Source of the DNA: Trinickia sp.
Lineage (GTDB): Bacteria > Pseudomonadota > Gammaproteobacteria > Burkholderiales > Burkholderiaceae
DNA length: 64,000 bases
Direction: 5' to 3'
Assembly: GCF_051953405.1 (NCBI RefSeq)
Contig: NZ_JBQCIV010000136.1
Span: 1 to 64,000 of the forward strand
Positions 7,463 to 16,231 of the stretch are shown in pieces (positions within the stretch are counted from its first letter, which is position 1; every line of letters begins with the position of its first letter). A program made the position numbers and the translations under genes. The notes beneath the pieces are model-generated. The model was given only the letters and a program-made list of their open reading frames with translations, searched no databases and was not told where the DNA came from.

Positions 7463-7946
7463 CGCGAACATTTTGATGGATGTGGAAGTGGGTGACCTCG
7501 TGGCGCCGATGTTCAGTCTCGGTTACCAGTTCGCGGTGCCCGACGTCCTGTATTACGAAGAGTTGGAGGAGCAGCACGCTCACTTGCTGGACATGGGTTT
7601 GCAACCTCGTTCGCTTTCGGCCAAGAGCGTTGAGCGGGTTCAGGCGTTGGCGCAGACGTATTCGAGACCGGGGCGTAATGACTTGTTCGCGCTCGCATTG
7701 GCGGAAGCCGAGGCATGCCCCTTGTTGACAGGCGATGCAGCGCTAAGGCAGGCCGCCGAGGCGGAGAAAGTCGAGGTTAAGGGTACGATTTGGCTCATCG
7801 GAGAGATGGTGAGGGAGCGACGCATCACGGTGGCGGTGGCCCGAGCTGCTCTGAATAAAATGCGTCTCAGAGGACGGCGATTGCCGTGGGACGCGGCTGA
7901 ACGAATGCTCGTGGCGCTTGATATGGCGCGGCCCCAAGGGGCTTGA
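7443..7946 (+). CDS. PIN-like DUF4411-family protein, overlapping the upstream Xre-ImmA gene by 20 nt
   Basis: MLLLISDANILMDVEVGDL PIN-like N-terminus; GGAGGG SD 5-6 nt upstream of ATG 7443; the ImmA plus DUF4411 pairing is a known conserved gene neighbourhood. Confidence 0.65.
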   Translation: MLLLISDANILMDVEVGDLVAPMFSLGYQFAVPDVLYYEELEEQHAHLLDMGLQPRSLSAKSVERVQALAQTYSRPGRNDLFALALAEAEACPLLTGDAALRQAAEAEKVEVKGTIWLIGEMVRERRITVAVARAALNKMRLRGRRLPWDAAERMLVALDMARPQGA

Positions 7947-8138
7947 AGAGGGAGAATGGCGAGGTTAGTCGAAATGGCAACGGATGTGCGTGCAGCCGAT
8001 GGCCTTGGTTAGGCGAATCGCCGGTACTTGCCGGATCGGAAACGGCGACATGAAATCAGTGTGAAACAGGCGAATCGCGCGTTCAGCGCGATAAAGAAAT
8101 AGCAAACGACAAATATAGATCGTGTTTAGGAACCCCCC

Positions 8139-10379
8139 ATGCAAAATGCAAACCACCAAAACCTAGTCGGATTCATCTGGAACATTGCCAATAAACTGCG
8201 CGGCCCGTACCGTCCGCCGCAGTACCGCCGCGTCATGTTGCCACTGATCGTTCTTCGTCGCTTCGACCTGGTGTTAGCCGAGAACAAGCAGAAGGTGCTG
8301 GACGAGAAGAAGCGTCTGGAAGCCAAGGGCATTACCGGCCATGCGTTGGAAAAAGCCCTCTCGCGTATCGCGGCTACGGGCCGCAAGCAGGAGCTATATA
8401 ACATCAGCGGCTTTACATTTGAAAAGCTGTTGGGCGACGCGCCTAACATCGCGGGCAACCTGATTTCCTACATTCGCGGCTTCTCGCCACGTGCTCGGGA
8501 CATTTTCGATAAGTTCGAATTTGAAACAGAAATCGCAAAGCTAGATGAAGCCAACCGCCTTTACCTGATCATCAAAGAGTTCTGCTCCGCGGACATCAAC
8601 CTCTCACCCAGGGTCATCAGCAATTTACAGATGGGCTACCTGTTTGAGGAACTGGTGCGCAAGTTTAACGAGCAAGCCAACGAAGAGGCCGGGGACCACT
8701 TCACACCGCGGGAAGTTATTCGCCTCATGGTGCAACTGCTGTTTACCGGCGAGGACGGCATCTATGAGAAGGGCATCTACCGCAGCGTGTACGATCCAAC
8801 TGCTGGCACGGGTGGCATGCTGTCCGAATCCGAAAAATTCATTTGTGGTGATGGCTTTACCACTGGGCTCAACCCAGACGCCAACATTGAACTGTTTGGC
8901 CAGGAATACAACCCGGAGTCTTATGCGATCTGTTGCTCTGACTTGCTGATCAAGGACGAGCCAATCAACAACCTGATTTACGGCGACACCCTCGGCATCA
9001 AGGACGCGAAAAACAAGACCAATGGCTTTGTGCCGCACGACGGACACCCGGACAAGAAATTCCACTACATGCTGGCCAACCCGCCGTTCGGCGTGGAGTG
9101 GAAGCCGGAAGAGGCCTTCGTGCGCGACGAATATGCAGATCAGGGCTTCTCTGGTCGCTTCGGCGCGGGGTTGCCCAGGATCAACGATGGCTCACTGCTC
9201 TTCCTGCAGCACATGATCTCGAAAATGCATCAGCCTCCCAAGTTGGTTGATGGAACGAACATGGGCGGTGACGGCTCGAAAATCGCCATTGTGTTTAACG
9301 GCTCTCCTCTGTTCACCGGCGATGCAGGATCAGGCGAGTCCAATATCCGTCGTTGGATTATTGAACGCGATATGCTCGATGCTGTCGTCGCTTTGCCGGA
9401 TCAGATGTTCTATAACACGGGCATCTACACCTATGTCTGGATCGTGACCAATAAGAAACCGATCCATCGCCGAGGTACGGTGCAACTGATCGACGGCACG
9501 CGCCATTTCAAAAAGATGGACAAGAGCCTAGGTAATAAGCGCAACGAGCTTTCTGATGAGCACATCAAAGAATTGGTGCGCCTATACGCCGAGCACCGAC
9601 ATGACGCCGTGAGCGATGCGCTAGCGGACGGCAAGCCCGAATCACGTGTTTGCAGCAAAATCTTCGAGAACCGGGACTTCGGCTACCTCAAGATCACGGT
9701 GGAGCGCCCCCTGCGTATGAACTTTCAGGCGAGCGCGGAGCGGATCGCTAAGCTGAATGATCAGGCTGCGTTCGTCAACCTAGCCAATAGCAAGAAGCGC
9801 AAGAGTGAAGCGGCTTATGCGGCCGAGGTTGCAGAGGGTAAAGAGACCCAAGCTGCCATTAAATCGGCCTTGGAGGGTATCGATGATGAAATGCTGTATC
9901 GCAACCGCCCTGAGTTCGAAGCGGAGATCGAACGAGCCCTGAAGCACGCGGGTCTTAAGGTGGCCGCTGCGGTCAAGAAGGCGATTCTGACGGCCCTGTC
10001 GGAGCGAGATCCAGGCGCCGAAATATGCTTGGATGCCAAAGGCAGGCCGGAGCCCGATCCTGAGCTGCGGGATACGGAAATCGTTGGCCTACCACAAGAT
10101 ATCGACCTGCCGCTGCCGTTGGGCTACGACAACGAAACCGGGCACGACAAGCTGTTGGCTCTGGTACGAGACCACTGTGAAGACTACCTGCGGGCCGAAG
10201 TCCTGCCGCACGTTGCGGATGCCTGGATCGATCATAGCAAGACCAAGGTTGGCTACGAAATCCCGCTCACGCGGCATTTCTACGTCTATGAGCCGCCGCG
10301 TCCGCTCGATGTGATAGCGGGCGAAATCAGTCAGTTGGAAAAAGAGATCATGGCCATGCTCAGTGAGGTGGTGCGATGA
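8139..10379 (+). CDS. hsdM: Type I restriction-modification DNA methyltransferase subunit HsdM (N6-adenine), long form of 746 aa
   Basis: NPPFG motif (MLANPPFGVEWKPEE); AdoMet-binding region; N-terminal HsdM domain; stop overlaps the hsdS start (ATGA). Confidence 0.95.
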   Translation: MQNANHQNLVGFIWNIANKLRGPYRPPQYRRVMLPLIVLRRFDLVLAENKQKVLDEKKRLEAKGITGHALEKALSRIAATGRKQELYNISGFTFEKLLGDAPNIAGNLISYIRGFSPRARDIFDKFEFETEIAKLDEANRLYLIIKEFCSADINLSPRVISNLQMGYLFEELVRKFNEQANEEAGDHFTPREVIRLMVQLLFTGEDGIYEKGIYRSVYDPTAGTGGMLSESEKFICGDGFTTGLNPDANIELFGQEYNPESYAICCSDLLIKDEPINNLIYGDTLGIKDAKNKTNGFVPHDGHPDKKFHYMLANPPFGVEWKPEEAFVRDEYADQGFSGRFGAGLPRINDGSLLFLQHMISKMHQPPKLVDGTNMGGDGSKIAIVFNGSPLFTGDAGSGESNIRRWIIERDMLDAVVALPDQMFYNTGIYTYVWIVTNKKPIHRRGTVQLIDGTRHFKKMDKSLGNKRNELSDEHIKELVRLYAEHRHDAVSDALADGKPESRVCSKIFENRDFGYLKITVERPLRMNFQASAERIAKLNDQAAFVNLANSKKRKSEAAYAAEVAEGKETQAAIKSALEGIDDEMLYRNRPEFEAEIERALKHAGLKVAAAVKKAILTALSERDPGAEICLDAKGRPEPDPELRDTEIVGLPQDIDLPLPLGYDNETGHDKLLALVRDHCEDYLRAEVLPHVADAWIDHSKTKVGYEIPLTRHFYVYEPPRPLDVIAGEISQLEKEIMAMLSEVVR

Positions 10380-11788
10380 GTCAACATCCTGCTTACCCGG
10401 AATATCAATTTACAGGATGCGATTGGTTTCCGGAAATCCCGTCACATTGGAAAATTGATCGGGCAAAATGGGCCATCTCTTCTTGTCAAAACGGTGTTTG
10501 GGGAACCGATCCGGATGGTGAGGACGACCTGGTTTGTGTTCGTGTTGCCGATTTCGATCGCCAGGCTCTACGTGTCTCCGCAGAAAAAGTTACGCTCCGG
10601 AGCATCGCAGAAAGAGAGAGCGCTGGCCGCTTGCTGCAAGCAGGCGATCTGCTGCTCGAAAAATCCGGGGGTGGTGAAAATCAATTGGTCGGGGCTGTTG
10701 TTGAATTCAATCAATCGTTTTCCGCTGTTACTTCAAATTTTGTTGCGAGATTGGCCGTTCGTGATGATGTAAACTCTCGTTTTCTCGTGTATGTGCATTC
10801 GCATCTGTATTCAGGGCGGGTCAATTTTAGATCAATTAAGCAAACGACAGGGATTCAAAATTTGGATGCCCGAGCGTATCTTGATGAGTTGATTGTATAT
10901 CCACCACTCTGTGAGCAAGACGCCATTGCTCGATTTCTTGATTTCAAAACGGCGCAAATCGATGCGCTGATCGCCAAGAAGAATGCGTTGCTAGCCAAGC
11001 TGGCAGAGAAGCGTATGGCGCTCATCAGCCATGTCGTCACCAAGGGGCTTGATCCGGCGACGCCGTTGGAAGAATCGGGGGTTGGCTGGTTGGGCGCGAT
11101 TCCTGTCGGCTGGACCACAAAGCGTATCCGATTCCTATTAACCATGAGCGGAGGGGTGACGCCAAGTACAGGTAACGCGGCGTACTGGGGCGGCGACATT
11201 CCGTGGATCACACCGAAAGATATGAAGCATGAGGCACTGTCAGGATCGATAGATACACTGACCGATGAGGCTATTAACGAAACAGGAATTACCCTACACC
11301 CATCAGGCCGGGTTTTGATTGTTGTCAGAGGAATGATCTTGGCGCATACTTTCCCTGTGGCTACGAATCTTGTGTCCGCAACAGTGAATCAAGATATGAA
11401 GGTTTTGAATACAGATATGAATAATCAATATTTGGCGTTGTTGCTGAAAGGGATTCAGCCGATCATTCTGAGTCTTGTGGAGGAGTCGGCGCATGGCACG
11501 AAGGTGCTGCGCACAGATGTTTTCAAAAATATCTATCTTCCTGTTCCCCCGGATAATGTTCAGGCGGAAATTGTAGGCCAAGTGCATCGTTGGCTGGCGG
11601 GGCTAGATGCTCAAGTTCGCAGTGTTGAATCAGTAATTGATCGTCTTCGAGAGTATCGTTCGGCGATAATAAGTAACGCTGTTACTGGAAAAATAGATGT
11701 TCGTGACTTTTTATTTCCTATGTCAAAAGACGTTAAGGGCGCGAGACGGGAGTGTCGGGATAGCCGAACCACTGAAGCGATTAACTGA
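10376..11788 (+). CDS. hsdS: Type I R-M specificity subunit HsdS (two target-recognition domains)
   Basis: Typical HsdS architecture with a central conserved coiled region (AQIDALIAKKNALLAKLAEKRMALISHVVTKGLDP) and visibly AT-richer TRD regions; translationally coupled to hsdM. Confidence 0.9.
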   Translation: MSQHPAYPEYQFTGCDWFPEIPSHWKIDRAKWAISSCQNGVWGTDPDGEDDLVCVRVADFDRQALRVSAEKVTLRSIAERESAGRLLQAGDLLLEKSGGGENQLVGAVVEFNQSFSAVTSNFVARLAVRDDVNSRFLVYVHSHLYSGRVNFRSIKQTTGIQNLDARAYLDELIVYPPLCEQDAIARFLDFKTAQIDALIAKKNALLAKLAEKRMALISHVVTKGLDPATPLEESGVGWLGAIPVGWTTKRIRFLLTMSGGVTPSTGNAAYWGGDIPWITPKDMKHEALSGSIDTLTDEAINETGITLHPSGRVLIVVRGMILAHTFPVATNLVSATVNQDMKVLNTDMNNQYLALLLKGIQPIILSLVEESAHGTKVLRTDVFKNIYLPVPPDNVQAEIVGQVHRWLAGLDAQVRSVESVIDRLREYRSAIISNAVTGKIDVRDFLFPMSKDVKGARRECRDSRTTEAIN

Positions 11789-11796
11789 ACGGCCGA

Positions 11797-14700
11797 ATGC
11801 CACGCATTGAGAGGGCGAGAAAAGTGCACAAAGAAATCGACTTCGAAAACGGCATGGAGGACGCGCTCGTCAGTATTGGCGGCTACGAGCAACGTGACTC
11901 GAACGGCTACGATCTGGAAACCGCGTTGTTCCCGGCTGATGTAGTCGCCTTTGTACAAAAAACGCAACCCAAAATCTGGAGCCGCCTGACTCAACTGGAT
12001 GCCGCCAAAGCATCCGCCATGCTGCTGGACAGCTTGGTGAAGGAGCTTGCTGCCAAGGGGGCGCTCGCGATTTTGCGTGAGGGTTTCAAGTGCGTGGGCA
12101 AGACGGTGCGGCTGGCTTACTTCGCGCCGAACACCGGGTTGGACCCGACAAGTACCGAACGGTACGGCGACAACCGCCTGATCATCGTACGACAGGTGAA
12201 GACGAAGAGCGGAGCCATCCCCGACGTAGTCTTGGCCATAAATGGATTGCCGATAGCGACGCTGGAGCTAAAGAACCCGATGTCGGCGACGCGCTGGAAC
12301 GTGGAGCACGCTAAACACCAGTACAAGTTCGAGCGAGATCCGAAGGAGTTGTTGTTCGCCTTCAAGCAGCGCTGCCTTGTGCACTTCGCGGTGGATACCG
12401 AGCAGGTCGCAATGACCACCAAGCTGGAGGGCAAGGACACCGTTTTCCTGCCGTTCAACCTCGGGCACAACCACGGGGCAGGTAATCCACCCGCGGCGGG
12501 TGATGTACGCACCACCTACCTTTGGAATAAGGTGCTAACCCGCGACAGTTTGATGGACATCCTGGCGCGCTTTATCCATTTGAATGTCGAGGAGAAGACT
12601 GTCGTCACCGAGAAGGGCATCAAGCGCCACCGCAAGGAGACAATGATTTTCCCGCGCTACCATCAACTCGATGCGGTGCGCGCGCTGACCGATCACGCCC
12701 AAGTACACGGTTCGGGTCACAACTACCTCATCCAGCATTCCGCCGGATCAGGGAAATCAAACTCGATCGCTTGGCTTGCGCACCGACTGTCGAGTCTGCA
12801 CGACGCTAACAACGAAAAGATCTTTCATTCCGTGGTGGTGATTACCGATCGGCGCGTGCTAGACCAGCAATTGCAAAACACCATCTTCCAGTTCGAGCAT
12901 AAGCTGGGCGTTGTGCAGAAGATCGATGAAAATACGCAACAATTGGCCAAGGCGTTGGCCAATGGCGTGCCGATCATCATCTCGACCATTCAGAAATTTC
13001 CGTTTATCACCCAGGCCATCCGAACAATGGAAGCCAACGGCAGGGGTGTCGCCATCTCGACCGCAGGCAAGCGCTTCGCCGTGATTGTGGATGAGGCCCA
13101 CAGTTCACAAAGTGGCGAAACCGCCATGGAGCTACGCAAGATTTTGAACAAGGACGGCATCGAATCTGCCATCGCCGAGCAGTTGCTCGACATAGACGAC
13201 GACGCTTTGAGCGACGAAGCAAAGAAGGAACTATTGCGCGAACAACTCAAGCGTGCCAAGCAGCCGAACTTGAGCTTCTTCGCCTTTACCGCAACACCAA
13301 AGTTCAAGACGCTGGCTGTCTTCAATGAACCGGGCCCCGATGGCAAAGCGCCGTTCCACCAGTACAGCATGCGCCAGGCCATTGAAGAAGGATTCATCCT
13401 TGATGTATTGGCGCACTACACCTGCTACAAGCGCTATTACCGGTTGATCCAGACGGCGGAGGCAGATCCCGAAGTGCCACGCCGGAAAGCTGCACGCGCT
13501 CTTGCTCGATTCGTTGAGTTTCACGACTACGAGATTGCCCAGAAGGTCGAGGTGATTGTCGAACATTTTCGCACTCATACCCGGCATAAGATCGGCGGAC
13601 GAGCCAAAGCTATGGTCGTGACGGGTTCGCGTGAGCACGCCGTGCGATACAAGCTCGGGTTCGACAAGTACCTCAAGGATAAGGGTTATACCGACGTGAA
13701 ATCGTTGGTCGCGTTTTCGGGCGAGATTACGCTTAAGGAGTTCGCCGACAAAAAATTCACCGAAGTAAGCATGAACAACGGCATCAAAGAATCCGAGCTA
13801 CCGGAAAAGTTCAACACTGAGGAGTATCAGGTTCTGCTTGTGGCCGAGAAATACCAGACTGGCTTTGACCAGCCGCTGTTGCACAGCATGTACGTCGACA
13901 AGCGTCTCGCTGGAATTCAGGCCGTGCAGACCCTGTCACGCTTGAACCGCACTACCCGCGGCAAGAACGACACCTTCGTACTCGACTTCGTCAACGAGCC
14001 TGGCGACATCCACACTGCGTTCAAGCCATACTACGAGGCGACGGATAAAGGGGACGACACTGATCCGCAGCAACTCAATACGCTGGAGCATTTGCTGGCA
14101 GGATGGAAGGTATTCACGCGTGAGGAAGTCGATGCCTGGTGCGAAATATGGTTCCGTAATCGCCTAAACCCGACGGGCGGCGAACATAAGAAGCTAAATG
14201 GCCTGCTTGACTTGGCGGTCGAGCGTTTCGCACAATTGGAAGAAGAGGATCAAAACCTCTTCAAAGGGCAACTGGTCAGCTTTCGCAATCTCTACGCCTT
14301 TGTCTCGCAAATCGTGCCGTACCAGGACTCGGATCACGAGAAGCTATACACCTACGCTCGCTTCCTCCTGACTAAGCTGCCGCGCACGACGGACAACCAG
14401 ACAGTCCAAGTCGACGATGAGGTTGAGCTTAAGTATTACCGGCTACAGAAGATCAGCGAGGGGGGCATCGACTTGAAAGCCGGTGAGGCTGACGAGTTGG
14501 GAGGGCCGACCGAGGTCGGTACCGGCCAAGCTGACGAAGAGGTTCAGCTTTCGACGTTGGTGGGCAGGCTCAATGAGCGCTTCGGCACAGAGTTCACCCC
14601 TGCGGATCAACTCTTTTTTGATCAGGTTCGTGAGACGGCCGTCGCCAATGAGCATTTGCGACATGCGGTCATGGCCAACAGCATCGAAAACTTCGAGCCT

Positions 14701-14856
14701 GTGTTCAACAAACAGCTCGAAAACCTGTTCATTGAGCGTATGGACGGCAACGAAGAAATCTTCATACGCCTGATGAACGATGAGGCGTTCAGGAATATCG
14801 CTGCCAGTCACCTCATGCGAGCCGTGTATAGTCAGATCAAGTCCGCTGGCGGCTGA
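11797..14856 (+). CDS. hsdR: Type I restriction enzyme endonuclease/helicase subunit HsdR
   Basis: SF2 helicase motifs (SGSGKSNS Walker A; VIVDEAHSSQ DEAH box); 1019 aa; directly follows hsdS. Confidence 0.95.
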   Translation: MPRIERARKVHKEIDFENGMEDALVSIGGYEQRDSNGYDLETALFPADVVAFVQKTQPKIWSRLTQLDAAKASAMLLDSLVKELAAKGALAILREGFKCVGKTVRLAYFAPNTGLDPTSTERYGDNRLIIVRQVKTKSGAIPDVVLAINGLPIATLELKNPMSATRWNVEHAKHQYKFERDPKELLFAFKQRCLVHFAVDTEQVAMTTKLEGKDTVFLPFNLGHNHGAGNPPAAGDVRTTYLWNKVLTRDSLMDILARFIHLNVEEKTVVTEKGIKRHRKETMIFPRYHQLDAVRALTDHAQVHGSGHNYLIQHSAGSGKSNSIAWLAHRLSSLHDANNEKIFHSVVVITDRRVLDQQLQNTIFQFEHKLGVVQKIDENTQQLAKALANGVPIIISTIQKFPFITQAIRTMEANGRGVAISTAGKRFAVIVDEAHSSQSGETAMELRKILNKDGIESAIAEQLLDIDDDALSDEAKKELLREQLKRAKQPNLSFFAFTATPKFKTLAVFNEPGPDGKAPFHQYSMRQAIEEGFILDVLAHYTCYKRYYRLIQTAEADPEVPRRKAARALARFVEFHDYEIAQKVEVIVEHFRTHTRHKIGGRAKAMVVTGSREHAVRYKLGFDKYLKDKGYTDVKSLVAFSGEITLKEFADKKFTEVSMNNGIKESELPEKFNTEEYQVLLVAEKYQTGFDQPLLHSMYVDKRLAGIQAVQTLSRLNRTTRGKNDTFVLDFVNEPGDIHTAFKPYYEATDKGDDTDPQQLNTLEHLLAGWKVFTREEVDAWCEIWFRNRLNPTGGEHKKLNGLLDLAVERFAQLEEEDQNLFKGQLVSFRNLYAFVSQIVPYQDSDHEKLYTYARFLLTKLPRTTDNQTVQVDDEVELKYYRLQKISEGGIDLKAGEADELGGPTEVGTGQADEEVQLSTLVGRLNERFGTEFTPADQLFFDQVRETAVANEHLRHAVMANSIENFEPVFNKQLENLFIERMDGNEEIFIRLMNDEAFRNIAASHLMRAVYSQIKSAGG

Positions 14857-14942
14857 TCTGGCATCGGGTGCGTTGACAGCCCTGCAGCAATGCCCGGAAG
14901 CGCGAACTACGGTCCGCGCCCCATGAGGTTTCGATGTCTCGG

Positions 14943-15884
14943 CTACAGTGCATCACCTTCGAAGTAGTCGGAGTCGATCTTCTTGATATAAAAAGTGCTA
15001 ACGGCCGAAACGCCGACATTGTGGTCCACCATCAACTGCACGAGTTGTTCCCCATCGACGAGGATGATCTTTGACGCAATGATGCCGGCGTATTCCTTCG
15101 CTTCCCGAGTGAACGAGGAGGTCGTAATAAAGACCCCCTTGTTGGCTCGTTGTCCCTGCAGCGCCCCGGCGAACTTCTGAATTTCAGGCCGGCCGACAGG
15201 TCCTTCCCACTTTTTTGCTTGCACGTAGATAACGTCCAGGCCCAGCTTGTCTTCCTTGATAGTGCCGTCGATTCCGCCGTCCCCGCTGCGCCCAATGACG
15301 CTCCCCGCGTCCTGCCGTGATCCGCCGTACCCCATCGCCACCAATAGGTCGATAACCAACCTTTCGAAGAAGCCAGGCGTAGAAGCCTTAACTTGATCCA
15401 GCAACTCGGTCTCCAGCCCATTCCGCAGCCGCTGGTACGCTTGCGCGAAGGACTCTTCCGGCGTTGCTTCATCGACCTCGCATAAAGGCAGCGCTCCCGG
15501 CGGCGAAGTCGAAACCTCACCGGCTTGTCCCTCATTGTTTCTCTTTCGCCGAAATGCGATGAACTCCGGATATTGCTCAAGAGTACCGTTGTCGATTCGG
15601 GCGGGGTGTTGCGCAAGTAAGGCGTTACCACGCTCGGTGATGTTGAAGTAGCCTCGCTTCCGCGATTCGACAACGCCAGCTTGTTTCAGGTACGTTCGCG
15701 CCCACCCCACCCTATTGTCGAATACCGGTGCTGTGCCACTCGGGAGAAGCGTGTTCCGCTCTTCGTCGGTAAGCTCACATTCGTCGGCGAGCGTATCGAC
15801 AACGCTGCGAAATCGATGTTCTTGTCCGTCGCCGACAGCACGCAATACGGGGAGCATCAGGGTTTGGTAGTCCGGGATCGGCAT
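14943..15884 (-). CDS. mrr: Mrr-family Type IV (modification-dependent) restriction endonuclease
   Basis: N-terminal winged-helix MPIPDYQTLMLPVLRAV plus C-terminal Mrr_cat PD-(D/E)xK region (GDGGIDG...VQAKKW). Confidence 0.9.
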   Translation of the reverse strand: MPIPDYQTLMLPVLRAVGDGQEHRFRSVVDTLADECELTDEERNTLLPSGTAPVFDNRVGWARTYLKQAGVVESRKRGYFNITERGNALLAQHPARIDNGTLEQYPEFIAFRRKRNNEGQAGEVSTSPPGALPLCEVDEATPEESFAQAYQRLRNGLETELLDQVKASTPGFFERLVIDLLVAMGYGGSRQDAGSVIGRSGDGGIDGTIKEDKLGLDVIYVQAKKWEGPVGRPEIQKFAGALQGQRANKGVFITTSSFTREAKEYAGIIASKIILVDGEQLVQLMVDHNVGVSAVSTFYIKKIDSDYFEGDAL

Positions 15885-16231
15885 GGCTCTGGTTGACGGT
15901 TCGAGACGACACCTGTCATGCTACCTGAGCGTGGACAAAATCTCACCTCGCGTGGCCAATCTGAAAAAATCTCGGCAGCGGCAGCTGTATCCAGGTACCG
16001 GGGGCGTTTCGTCCAAGTGGCGCAGACGTCCAGTCTCATATCGTGCCTGATAAATACCATAGGCCGAACGCAAACATTGCCCACTAACCCCGCGCCCCCA
16101 AATCCCAAACACCCCCAACCCCAAGCTTCTTTCCTCTACCATGGCACGCGTGCGCGACGCGCCATTCCACGCGCCGGCCTAGCCCGCACCACCGCAACGC
16201 TCGCGTCGACGAGGCCCTGCTCGAAATCGCA

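Noticed and set aside
15885-16231. Second att direct repeat or island end between mrr and kup
   Set aside because: No copy of the tRNA 3' segment (TTCGATCCTCCTCCGCTCCACCA) or any other recognisable repeat is present there, so the right boundary of the R-M block cannot be placed from this window.
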